A stretch of DNA of 64,000 bases from Thermoplasmata archaeon (GTDB lineage: Archaea > Thermoplasmatota > Thermoplasmata > Lutacidiplasmatales > UBA184), in assembly GCA_046704665.1 (NCBI GenBank), contig JBJKRJ010000001.1, positions 57,255 through 121,254 on the forward strand. Reading direction: 5' to 3'. The position numbers were made by a program, and so were the translations under genes. The notes under the pieces are model-generated. The model saw nothing but the letters and a program-made list of their open reading frames with translations. It was not told the DNA's origin and searched no databases. Positions 55,610 through 64,000 of the stretch are shown here, in pieces (positions within the stretch are counted from its first letter, which is position 1; each line of letters starts with the position of its first letter).

Positions 55610-56129
55610 GGTCCTCCAACTGGAGAGTCGCCAGCGCATCTTCGCCCTCGTCCAGAAGAACCCGGGGCTGAGCGCGCGGGACATCCAGCGGATGCTCTCC
55701 CTCGGGTGGGGAGAGACCGCCTACCACCTCGACCGGATGTCGGATGCGGGTATCCTGCGACGCGAACGCGCGCCGAACCGCGACTTCTACTTCGCGTCCG
55801 AGGTGACCTGGGACGATCGCAAGTATCTCGTCTTCCTCCGAGGAGAGAATACTCGGAGCATCCTCCTCACCCTGCTGGCGGACCCGGGACTCTCGCCGAC
55901 CGAGCTCTCCGAGCGCCTCGGCCTCGGGAAATCGGTCGTCTACTTCCATCTGACACGGCTCGTCCAGGGAGGGCTCCTCGAAGGGAAGCTCGAGAACGTC
56001 ACCCGGCACTACCGCGTGATCCACCCGGAACAGGCGGTCCGTCTTCTTCGGACGTACCGCGAGAACTTCCGTGAGGAGCTCGCGAGCCGTTTCGCGGAAG
56101 TGTGGGGGACCCTCCTCTCGGAGGAGTAG
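55602..56129 (+). CDS. Transcriptional regulator with two tandem winged-helix (ArsR/MarR-like) domains
   Basis: 'IFALVQKNPGLSARDIQRMLSLGWGETAYHLDRMSDAGIL' and 'ILLTLLADPGLSPTELSERLGLGKSVVYFHLTRLVQGGLL'. Confidence 0.65.
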   Translation: MAEVLQLESRQRIFALVQKNPGLSARDIQRMLSLGWGETAYHLDRMSDAGILRRERAPNRDFYFASEVTWDDRKYLVFLRGENTRSILLTLLADPGLSPTELSERLGLGKSVVYFHLTRLVQGGLLEGKLENVTRHYRVIHPEQAVRLLRTYRENFREELASRFAEVWGTLLSEE

Positions 56130-56523
56130 TCCGTCCCCTCGCATGCCTGGCCCGGTCGGCACGGGATGCGATCGGCCGACTCCACGGAGTCTCGATGGAC
56201 AGTCCGTGGAGGTACGGGTCTCACCGGGAGGGCGGACGATTACCGGAGCCCGTGAGATCCTCTTCCCGATCGTACCGCCCCGGGGGCGGGCTTGCCGTTC
56301 CGTGGCCCGGGCGGGGGACCGTACCGACGGACGGTCCCGGGGGTGCTCGCCCCGGTCGGCCTTCGGCATCGCCGCCTCCCGCGGGCGCAGCCATGAGGTG
56401 GCACTCGAAGGGTTCAAGGCGGGTGGGACGTTTCTCTGTAGGGGGGGCTCTTCGCTGTCGGATCGGCTCGCAGGAAGTTCCGGCGCCCGCACCGCGCCTC
56501 CGTCCGACCCGGAGGATAATCCC

Positions 56524-56937
56524 GTGGTCTCCCGTGTGCGGGAGCTCTGCGACGCGGGAAAGCCGGACGCCGCGATCCGGTTCGCGTTCGACCGGGTGTG
56601 CTCGGACACCGTGCGGCACTACGGGCTCGACATTCCGCCGGGCTGCACGTCGCTCGAGTTCGTTTCGGAGCGGATCCGCCCCGACATGGGAAAGCTCGGC
56701 GACCTCCTCCCCGAGCTCTATCGCCTGTACGAGCCGGTACGATTTGGAGCGGTACCGCCGACCGATGCCCCGCCGATCCGCGGCCTGGTCGAACGGATCT
56801 ACTCCGAGACGTCCCTTGCCTGGGCCTACGATCCCCATTCCCAGTCCAAGGGACCCATGGCGCATCCGATCCCCGAGTCGCACCCCGCCCCCTCCGCACC
56901 GCATCCCAGCCCCCGAGACGCTCGGGACCGGAGATGA
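56524..56937 (+). CDS. Hypothetical protein, DUF4129-like (MoxR-operon associated), 137 aa from GTG
   Basis: 'GGAGGA' SD 7 nt before GTG 56524. 'AAIRFAFDRVCSDTVRHYGLDIPPGCTSLEFVSERI' resembles the DUF4129 C-terminal motif. Upstream parts of ORF calls 56071 and 56102 are low-complexity. Confidence 0.35.
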   Translation: MVSRVRELCDAGKPDAAIRFAFDRVCSDTVRHYGLDIPPGCTSLEFVSERIRPDMGKLGDLLPELYRLYEPVRFGAVPPTDAPPIRGLVERIYSETSLAWAYDPHSQSKGPMAHPIPESHPAPSAPHPSPRDARDRR

Positions 56938-56949
56938 GATCCCGCTCGA

Positions 56950-57441
56950 ATGATCACCGCTCTGCCCCTCACGCTCCCGCTCGGGGTCGCCGCGGGGGTG
57001 GCGTTGGCCTGGTGGAGCTGGAGACGCTTCGCCGATCCTCCCCGGTTCTCCGGGTACCCCGCTCGCATCCGGTGGATGGTCGACCCGGTGGCGTGGCTGG
57101 ATCGCGATCTCCGCAACGGCCGGCTCGCCCCGGGGATCAGCGCCACCAGCGGTCGGCTCGTGCAGGAGCTCATCCGGTATCACTCCGTATCGACCGAGGA
57201 GATCTACACCTGGTTCCGGCCGTACCGCATCGGCCACAATCCGCTCCTCCTCCGGGCGGTCCGGCTCGTTCGCCTGCTGGACGGCGCTTATCGGCTCGCC
57301 GACATGGCGGAGGATCCCCGGCTCACGGATCCCTGGTCCCGCTGGAGGCGGCCGGTCCGGAAGGCCCAGGCTCGGCAGCTCTTCGAGGAAGGGCTCCGTG
57401 AGTTTCAGGTGATCTGGCCGCAACTGGAGGCGGGCCGATGA
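56950..57441 (+). CDS. Membrane-anchored protein (N-terminal TM plus soluble domain), MoxR-operon associated
   Basis: N-terminal TM 'LPLTLPLGVAAGVALAWW'. The stop overlaps the MoxR start. Confidence 0.4.
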   Translation: MITALPLTLPLGVAAGVALAWWSWRRFADPPRFSGYPARIRWMVDPVAWLDRDLRNGRLAPGISATSGRLVQELIRYHSVSTEEIYTWFRPYRIGHNPLLLRAVRLVRLLDGAYRLADMAEDPRLTDPWSRWRRPVRKAQARQLFEEGLREFQVIWPQLEAGR

Positions 57442-58514
57442 CGGCGGATCCCCTCCCGGAGAACTCCGACGCCGCCACCGACGCCGCACTGTCCCCCGTC
57501 GTAGCGGGACCCCGCTCCGCCGAAGGCTCGCCCGCCGAGCTCATGCCGCCGACCCGTGCGCGGGCCCTGCTCGAGCGCCTGCAGGCCAGCGTGGGGTCCC
57601 AGGTGATCGGCTCGGAGCCGGTCGTACGGGCGCTGACGGTCGCGCTGGCGATCGAGGGCCATGTGCTCGTGGAAGGAGTCCCGGGGATCGCGAAGACGAT
57701 GCTCGCGCGGGCGTACGCCCGCGCGATCGGGCTGACCTTCCAGCGGATCCAGTTCACGCCGGACATGCTTCCTTCCGACATCCTGGGCAGCCTCATCCTG
57801 GACCCCCGCGATCGGTCGTTCGTCTATCGGCCGGGCCCGATCTTCGCGAACGTGGTCCTGGCCGACGAGATCAACCGGGCGCCACCGAAGGTCCAGTCGG
57901 CGTTGCTCGAAGCGATGCAGGAGCGCCAGGTGACGATCGACCGGGAGTCGCATCCGTTGCCGTGGCCGTTCCTCGTGATCGCCACCGAGAACCCGATCGA
58001 GCAGGAGGGCACGTATCCCCTTCCCGAGGCCGAGCTCGACCGGTTCGTCTTTCGATGGATCATGTCGTACCCCAGTGAGGACGAGGAGCGAACGATCGTC
58101 CGCTCGCAGCTCAATCCTCGGGCCGAGGTGCGCGCCGGCCCGGTCCTTTCGGCGGGGGAGATCGCACGGTTCCCTTCGTCGCTCGCCTCCGTGCATGTCG
58201 AGGATGCGGTGGTACGGTACGCGACGGACATCGTCCGGGCGACGCGGGCCGACAGCCGCATCGCGGTGGGGGCCTCGCCACGGGCCGCCGTCCTGTTCAT
58301 GCGGGCCGCCCGCGCGAGCGCCTTTCTCTCCGGGAGGGGATACGCCATTCCCGACGACGTGAGGGAGCTCGCGTTCGCCACCCTCAATCATCGCGTGCGG
58401 GTCCGCGCGGAGTTCCGGAACCGCCGTCTCGGGGGAACCGCCGTGACCGGTCCCTACGAGGCGGTCCGCACCATCCTCCAGGATTGCACCGACCAGGTCC
58501 CCGCCCCCCGCTGA
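57438..58514 (+). CDS. MoxR-family AAA+ ATPase
   Basis: 'LVEGVPGIAKTMLARAYA...FQRIQFTPDMLPSDILG...VLADEINRAPPKVQSALLEAMQE'. Confidence 0.9.
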   Translation: MTADPLPENSDAATDAALSPVVAGPRSAEGSPAELMPPTRARALLERLQASVGSQVIGSEPVVRALTVALAIEGHVLVEGVPGIAKTMLARAYARAIGLTFQRIQFTPDMLPSDILGSLILDPRDRSFVYRPGPIFANVVLADEINRAPPKVQSALLEAMQERQVTIDRESHPLPWPFLVIATENPIEQEGTYPLPEAELDRFVFRWIMSYPSEDEERTIVRSQLNPRAEVRAGPVLSAGEIARFPSSLASVHVEDAVVRYATDIVRATRADSRIAVGASPRAAVLFMRAARASAFLSGRGYAIPDDVRELAFATLNHRVRVRAEFRNRRLGGTAVTGPYEAVRTILQDCTDQVPAPR

Positions 58515-58523
58515 CCCGCTCGC

Positions 58524-59852
58524 ATGCCGAGCTCGCGTGTCGTGCTGAGCCCGTGGGGCTGGTCGTGGATCGCGGGCAGCGCCGGCGGTCTCCTCATCGG
58601 TCTCCTCACCCTCAACCTCCTGCTCCTCGTGATCCCCACCGCGGCCTTCGTGTTCGTCGTGGCGGAGGTCCTCGCGTTCGATCGGGCGACCCGCGACTTC
58701 GGTACCGGTTGGTTCCGCTGGCAGCGGTTCGAGAACAGCTCGCAGGTGCCCATCGACGGGATCGGATCGATGGCGCTCGACCTCGAGCTGGTCACTCCCC
58801 GCGCGTTCTACGCGGAGATCTTCGATCCCCAGCCCGACACGTTCCAGATCGTGGGCGGTTCGCCGAAGCTCCTGACCTGGTGGCCCCGGGCCGGGCCGCT
58901 CCGGCTGACCTACCTGTATCGTCCTCGGGAGCGGGGAGAGTTCCGCCTCGGCCCCACCTTCATCGTCGCGCACCAGCCCCTCGGGCTCGCGAGCCGGTCC
59001 GCCGCCCTCGAGAACCGCTGGGCGGTCCTCGTGACGCCGTCCCTGACGGTCGAGGAGGCGCGGGCGACGATCGCGAGCGCCCGGCTGGGGCCGGGGGAGT
59101 CCTTCCAGCGTCGGAGCGGTCCCGGCACGGAGTTTCGGGGGCTGCACGAGTACCACCCGATGGATGACGTGCGACGGATCGTCTGGCGCCGGTCGGCCGT
59201 AGATCGGATGTACGTCGCCGAACACGAGGAGGAGGTCCACCCGGACGTGCTGATCATCGTGGACTGCGGGCGCGACATGCGCCTCGGCCCCCCGGGCTCC
59301 GAGAGCCTCGAGCTGAGCATCGACGCCGCGACGGTCCTGGCCGGCGCGGCGCTCGCCCGATCGGACCGGGTCGGCCTCATGGTCTTCTCGAACGTGCTCG
59401 AGGACTACCTTCCGGTGCACGGGGGATCCGGTACCGGTCCCGAGTTCACCGAGGCCCTGGCCCGGATCCATCTGTCGCAACACCCGTTCCGCCTGGACGC
59501 CGCGATGCAGGCCGCGGCGGAGCGACTCTCGGCCCCGACGACGGTCGTGCTGTTCTCCAATCTCGCCGAGCTTCCTCACGGAACCGAGTCCTCGGTCGCG
59601 ATCCTCCGGGACCCGGGCCATCGGCTCTTGGTCCTGAGCCCCGACTTTGCCCGACTCTACCCCCCGCATTCCGACCCGCTCGCCCGGGAGGCGTTCTCCC
59701 TCGTGCGGGAGCCGGCGCGGCGGGAGATCGACACCCACCTGGATCGCGTCCGGGACGCGGGGGCCCCGGTGGGCGTCTATCCGGCCTCCGAAGTACGGGA
59801 CGCCGTGGTGGAGATGTACGGCGAGATCCGCGCGGGAGGGATCCTGCGGTGA
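58524..59852 (+). CDS. DUF58 protein (vWA-like, MoxR partner) with N-terminal TM
   Basis: 'EFRGLHEYHPMDDVRRIVWRRSAVDRMYVAEHEEE...LIIVDCGRDM' is the DUF58 signature. Confidence 0.8.
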   Translation: MPSSRVVLSPWGWSWIAGSAGGLLIGLLTLNLLLLVIPTAAFVFVVAEVLAFDRATRDFGTGWFRWQRFENSSQVPIDGIGSMALDLELVTPRAFYAEIFDPQPDTFQIVGGSPKLLTWWPRAGPLRLTYLYRPRERGEFRLGPTFIVAHQPLGLASRSAALENRWAVLVTPSLTVEEARATIASARLGPGESFQRRSGPGTEFRGLHEYHPMDDVRRIVWRRSAVDRMYVAEHEEEVHPDVLIIVDCGRDMRLGPPGSESLELSIDAATVLAGAALARSDRVGLMVFSNVLEDYLPVHGGSGTGPEFTEALARIHLSQHPFRLDAAMQAAAERLSAPTTVVLFSNLAELPHGTESSVAILRDPGHRLLVLSPDFARLYPPHSDPLAREAFSLVREPARREIDTHLDRVRDAGAPVGVYPASEVRDAVVEMYGEIRAGGILR

Positions 59853-60841
59853 CCGACCGAACGTGGCTCCTCCTGCTCCTCGTCCCCGCCCCGCTCTACG
59901 TCGCGGGGCGCTTTTTGTCGGCACTCCCGCTCGACTCGGCGGCGATCCCGCTCGGTTTTGGTCTGACGTTCTTCTTCGGGCTCGCCACCGCCGTCGGTCT
60001 GTTGCGATTCCGCTGGCTCATCTGGGCCGGAGAGACGGCCCTGCTGCTCGCGGTTCTCGTCCCGGTACTCCCCGGCTTCCCGGCCGGGATGGCGGGGCTC
60101 GACCTGGCCGCGGGCGTGATGCTGGGCGCGCCGTTCATCGGACTCGAGGGGGCGTGGCGGAGCAACCACTCTCCCGCGAGCCGGCTCGGCACGCTCGAGC
60201 TCACGCTCGCCCTCGGGATCTGGTACCTCGCCGCCCTTCCCGCGATCGCGGCGGGCGGTGGCACCCTCTCGGGGCTCGAGTTCTTCAACGGGCTCGCGGA
60301 GGTCCTGGCGACGCAGGCCCATGGGCTCCTCGCCACCTTCACCGGTGGGGTCTCGGCCGCCATCCTGCCGCTCGGCAACAGCCTCGACCCCGTCTTTGTC
60401 GGTCTCGCCGCCTTCGCGCTTCTCGGGGTGATGATCACCACCCTCCAACCTCGTACGGCGCTCGACGAACCTCTGCCGTGGGGATGGGTCACGCCCCGCC
60501 GACCCGGGGTGGACCCCGGTCGGACCGTCGCCCTGGAGGAACTACGCGAGGGACAGAGGGCCGCCCTCGCGAGCCGAAGCCAACCGATCGCCCCGGAAGC
60601 GTCGATGTCTCCCGGGGTCGCGTCCCTGGTCCTCGCCGGGTTCGCCATCGTACTGCTCGTGCTGGCCGCGATCTATCTCCCGATGTACTTCCTCTCCGCA
60701 CTGACGCTCGCGGTGACGGCGCTGGTCGTGGTGATGATCGCCCTGTTCTCCCGACGGAGAGAATCGCCGGGAGGCACGCCGTCTCCCGGGAGTGCCGGGA
60801 CGCCGTCGAAACCCGAGCTGCCGCCGGCCCGACCGGCCTAG
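59849..60841 (+). CDS. Polytopic membrane protein (about 8 TM), MoxR-operon associated
   Basis: Hydrophobic throughout. Overlaps the DUF58 stop by 4 nt. Confidence 0.5.
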   Translation: MTDRTWLLLLLVPAPLYVAGRFLSALPLDSAAIPLGFGLTFFFGLATAVGLLRFRWLIWAGETALLLAVLVPVLPGFPAGMAGLDLAAGVMLGAPFIGLEGAWRSNHSPASRLGTLELTLALGIWYLAALPAIAAGGGTLSGLEFFNGLAEVLATQAHGLLATFTGGVSAAILPLGNSLDPVFVGLAAFALLGVMITTLQPRTALDEPLPWGWVTPRRPGVDPGRTVALEELREGQRAALASRSQPIAPEASMSPGVASLVLAGFAIVLLVLAAIYLPMYFLSALTLAVTALVVVMIALFSRRRESPGGTPSPGSAGTPSKPELPPARPA

Positions 60842-60875
60842 ACCGGACCCCCGACGGGCGCCTCTGGGGCTCGGG

Positions 60876-63551
60876 TCACTCCTCGGCGAACAGGCTCCGA
60901 CCGCTCTCTTCGGCTCGGCCGCCACGCGTCACGGCGGCGTACAGGACCCCGCCGACGGTGAGCACCGCCGGGAGGAACAATAGGAGGACCCATAGAGTAC
61001 CGACCGGCAGGAGCGAGAACGGGTTCCCGGCGGGGGACGTTGCGGTGAGCACCGGAGTGAGGTTGATCGGCAGCGTTGCCTTCTCGAGGAGAGAGAACGT
61101 GAACAGCGTCGTGTTCGCGATGTACCCCTTCGCGGAGGCCGTCACCACGTAGGTTCCCGGGGAGACCTCGGTCATGCTGAAGTGGCCGAAGAGGTCGGTC
61201 TGTCCGCTGGCGTAGCCCGAGACCGTGATGTTGGCCCCGACGATCGGGTCCAGGGTCGCCCGGGACTGCACCAGGAACGTGATGTTCGCTCCCGGGGTCG
61301 GGACCAGCGCGACATACAGCGTGCTGTTCTCGCTCGGCAGCACGTGGACCAGGAGCGGGGTCGACGCGTAGTAGCCGGCGGCACCCACGGTGACCTCGTA
61401 GTAGCCTTCGAGGACCGCCGGTTCGGTCGCCCACCCTGCGACGTTCGTGTAGAACGTCTCATTGGACCAGCCCGAGGGGAGCGGGCCGGCCGAGTCCGCG
61501 TCGACCTCGGCTCGGAGGAGCGGCTGGGCGTCCGTTTCGTCAACGACATGGACGGCGATCCCGCCCGCCGGCAAGGAGACGAGGTGGAGCGAGACGTTCA
61601 CGGTGCCCGTCCAAGGCACTGGTACCGGGACAGAGCCGGCGGTGTAGCCGGGCACGTACGCCGTCACATTGGACGGACCGAAGACCGTCGTGGGCCGGGT
61701 GAGGTTCCCTCCCGTGTCGGTCACCCCGATCGGGGCACCGTCGAGGGAGACCGTCACTCCCTCGAGCGGTTTGGAGGCGCCAGAGGGGAGCAGGCCCGCG
61801 ACGGCCACGGAGAGGACCGGGTCGGCGGCCAGCGGGACCGTGACGGAGACCTCGGCCCCCGCCGTGAGGTTCCCTTCGGTGGAGTTGGCTCGCCAGCCCG
61901 AGGCCACGACGGAGACGTTGAACTCTCCCGGCGGCACCTTCGTGAACGTCACCACCCCCGTAGGACCCGTGATCCCCGGGACGGAGTTGACCCGGGTTCC
62001 GTTGACGGTGAGATTGACCTCCGCCCCCACGACCGGGATCTGGCCCGCCGCGTCCACACGGACCTGGACCGTTCCGAGGTCGTACGGCGGGATCACGGTC
62101 AGGAGGACGGTGCGCTCGGCCGATGAGCCTGGAGGTAGCCACAGCGTGCTCGTGTTCGCGAAGTACCCGGCCGTGGAGACGCGGAGCTGGGAATCCATGC
62201 CATTGATCTGAGTCAGGTTCAGGTACCCCTCGGCGTCGGTCGACCCGAGGGTCTGGCCGTCCAACGACACATCGGCCCCGGCGATCGGGAGACCGGGCGC
62301 CGTGGCGTTCTCCACCCGCAGGCCGAGATCCGACGTCGCGGAGAGGCGCCAAAGGTCGGAGGTCGGACCCGCCATCGTCGCTCCACCGGCGACGAGCCAG
62401 GTCGCGTTGCCGCTCACGTTAAGGTAGGCGGAAGCGGCGGACCAACGAGGCGCCGGACCGGGAAGGGTCTGGGGGACCCAGGTGTCGTTTCCCGGGTAGA
62501 AGATCGAGGTCCCGTTGCCGGCGGCCGTGCCGTCCGTGCCGCCGAAGAGAAGGTCCGCCCCGAGCGATGGGTCGTACGTCCAGCTCGACCCGGAAACCGG
62601 CAAGGGTGCGTTCGAGGGGGCCACCAGCTCCGACCAGTTCGCGGAAAGCGGATCGAACTGCCACACCGCCGAGGAGCAGGGAGCGCAGCCGCCGAACATC
62701 TCGAACACCCCGCTCGAGGGGTCCCAGGTCAGGGCGGCCCCTTCGAGCGGTGCGGGACGGGGACCGCTGGTCACGTTGATCTCCGTCCAGACGAAGGTCG
62801 TGAGATTGAGCTCCCAGAGATCGGAGAAGAGCAACGTACCGGCCGACGCGTAGTTCGGGTCCTCTCCGCCGTAGAGCAGTCCGATCCCGAGGGCCGGATC
62901 GACGGCGAACGCCGGGTTCTCGCGGGGACGGGGACCGGCATGGGAGACGTTGGTCCAGGTCGCCCCGGCCGCATGGTAGGTCCAGGTCGCAGCGGAGACG
63001 GATTCGGTCGTCAGATTCACGAGACCACCGAACAGAATCGCGTTCCCGGTCGTGGGATCGAAACCGAAGGCGAAGCCCGCGCGCGGGCTGGGCGCGTTCG
63101 TCGTGGACACGATCGCCCACACGTTCGTCGCTTCGGAGTAGGAGAGCGTGGTGTTCGAGAGACCCTGTGAGCTCGCCCCGCCGAAGGCGATCGCCGAGCC
63201 CCCACCAGAGTTGGCGACCATGCCGGCTCCGGCGCCGAGGGTACCTGGCGCCGACGCGGAGATCAGCTCGGACCACGCGAGCATCCGATCCGCAGCGAAG
63301 GTCCCCGGAACCGGTGCGGGACGGGTGGGTAGAGCGCCCGTCCCGGACGGGCAGGATCCCGAAAGGTGGCAGGTCGCCGGCGACGAGGACGAACCTCCGA
63401 CGGGGGAAGTAGCGGCTCGCGCGCCAAGCGACAACGCTCCCGCACCCAACGGGATCGCCAGGACCGCTACGAGGACCGCCTCGAGGACGACTCTCGGGTT
63501 CGTCCTTGGGGCGGCTCTGCGTGGTCGCCTACCCGTCCTCCGCAGAATCAT
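60876..63551 (-). CDS. Large secreted/cell-surface protein: signal peptide, Kelch-type beta-propeller repeats, repeated carboxypeptidase-regulatory-like (PEGA-type) beta-sandwich domains, C-terminal TM anchor
   Basis: Start at 'MILRRTGRRP...AVLVAVLAIPLGAGA'. Kelch motifs 'LFGG', 'LYGGEDP', 'MFGG', 'LFGGTDG'. Repeated 'GxYxVxVxAxGYxxxTxxV' units. C-terminal 'LWVLLLFLPAVLTVGGVLYAAV' followed by charged tail. Confidence 0.7.
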   Translation of the reverse strand: MILRRTGRRPRRAAPRTNPRVVLEAVLVAVLAIPLGAGALSLGARAATSPVGGSSSSPATCHLSGSCPSGTGALPTRPAPVPGTFAADRMLAWSELISASAPGTLGAGAGMVANSGGGSAIAFGGASSQGLSNTTLSYSEATNVWAIVSTTNAPSPRAGFAFGFDPTTGNAILFGGLVNLTTESVSAATWTYHAAGATWTNVSHAGPRPRENPAFAVDPALGIGLLYGGEDPNYASAGTLLFSDLWELNLTTFVWTEINVTSGPRPAPLEGAALTWDPSSGVFEMFGGCAPCSSAVWQFDPLSANWSELVAPSNAPLPVSGSSWTYDPSLGADLLFGGTDGTAAGNGTSIFYPGNDTWVPQTLPGPAPRWSAASAYLNVSGNATWLVAGGATMAGPTSDLWRLSATSDLGLRVENATAPGLPIAGADVSLDGQTLGSTDAEGYLNLTQINGMDSQLRVSTAGYFANTSTLWLPPGSSAERTVLLTVIPPYDLGTVQVRVDAAGQIPVVGAEVNLTVNGTRVNSVPGITGPTGVVTFTKVPPGEFNVSVVASGWRANSTEGNLTAGAEVSVTVPLAADPVLSVAVAGLLPSGASKPLEGVTVSLDGAPIGVTDTGGNLTRPTTVFGPSNVTAYVPGYTAGSVPVPVPWTGTVNVSLHLVSLPAGGIAVHVVDETDAQPLLRAEVDADSAGPLPSGWSNETFYTNVAGWATEPAVLEGYYEVTVGAAGYYASTPLLVHVLPSENSTLYVALVPTPGANITFLVQSRATLDPIVGANITVSGYASGQTDLFGHFSMTEVSPGTYVVTASAKGYIANTTLFTFSLLEKATLPINLTPVLTATSPAGNPFSLLPVGTLWVLLLFLPAVLTVGGVLYAAVTRGGRAEESGRSLFAEE

Positions 63552-64000
63552 GCAGGGCCCTACTCCATAGAGCCCGCGCTCCGCTTGAGGCTGATGTCCC
63601 CCTCCTCGGCGGCCATCCCGCGCGCCGGGAACTCCCGGTCCCGGAGAGATCGTTCCATCAAGGCTGGCGGCCCCCTCCGGATGCGGCGGGCGTGTCGTGA
63701 GTATCCGATCGGCCCTCGATCCGTCCCAGACTGAGCGGTGCACCGAGAAGCGACGCGACGGCGGATCGACTCCGCCGGTGACCGACGTCGTACCGAATGC
63801 GGGCGGCAGAGATCGATTCCTCGCACGGGACCCCTCCGTCCCCGTAGTCGCTCTGTGCTCGTCCCCGGATCCCTAGAGGTCTCCGACACCGATGGCCGTT
63901 CAGCGGCCCGGGAGATTCCTGGACGCCGCGCCTTCGCACTCGTCACGTGCGGCATGTATCGAGGGCGGGGAGATTCCCTCCGACCTCTATGCCCACTGGG

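Noticed and set aside
56130-56523. Possible tRNA / SRP / RNase P RNA in the long gap
   Set aside because: A T-loop-like 'GGGTTCAAGGCGGG' lacks a complementary stem. No RNase P 'ACAGAA' / P4 or SRP domain IV motifs were recognisable. Left as an unexplained gap, not called as an RNA gene.
1-64000. CRISPR arrays, rRNA, tRNA, IS elements, integrases
   Set aside because: No regularly spaced ~30-nt direct repeats, no rRNA-like conserved stretches, no tRNA cloverleaf candidates in intergenic regions, and no transposase or integrase-like ORFs were seen.

Overview
Contig from a high-GC (~70%) archaeon, apparently euryarchaeal (A1AO ATP synthase, LSm–L37e, archaeal uS15/S13e, RecJ/GAN-like nuclease, GyrA, archaeal-type TrpRS, dodecin, crenarchaeal-type short SSB). 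I cannot name the taxon from sequence alone. The strong GC bias produces many long Arg/Pro/Gly-rich spurious ORFs in alternate frames; I disregarded these by homology and composition. Housekeeping content: a minus-strand ATP synthase operon atpF-A-B-D-H-I, convergent with what looks like the 3' end of atpC at the window start; carA–carB; folP; trpS; an rps15–recJ-like–gyrA unit with overlapping start/stop codons; LSm–rpl37e; ssb; two tandem tmk paralogues; PPX/GppA with divergent CHAD; sixA; a PhoU-like regulator; and a MoxR–DUF58 module. Accessory or unusual content: (i) a tight three-gene operon with a RecA/RadB-like protein lacking a Walker A lysine, an 87-aa helical protein, and a family-B DNA polymerase with substitutions in motifs B and C and Exo I (at least polymerase-inactive); (ii) two paralogous HEAT-repeat proteins, each followed by a glycosyltransferase (a processive QxxRW GT2, and GNAT plus a GT-B-like protein), flanking that operon; (iii) a translationally coupled operon of a CbiA/DUF1611-like P-loop protein, a fused ABC exporter and an M14/AstE-AspA-like deacylase; (iv) a wHTH-fused amino-methyltransferase next to an internally duplicated Zn-ribbon protein; (v) a Grx-like::Lrp-RAM fusion; (vi) a stand-alone RnfD/NqrB-like membrane protein; (vii) a 42-codon hydrophobic micro-ORF wedged between atpD and atpH; and (viii) several AT-rich promoter islands carrying direct repeats. 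I found no rRNA, tRNA, CRISPR array or obvious mobile element. All functional calls rest on motif-level recognition by eye; no database search was possible.
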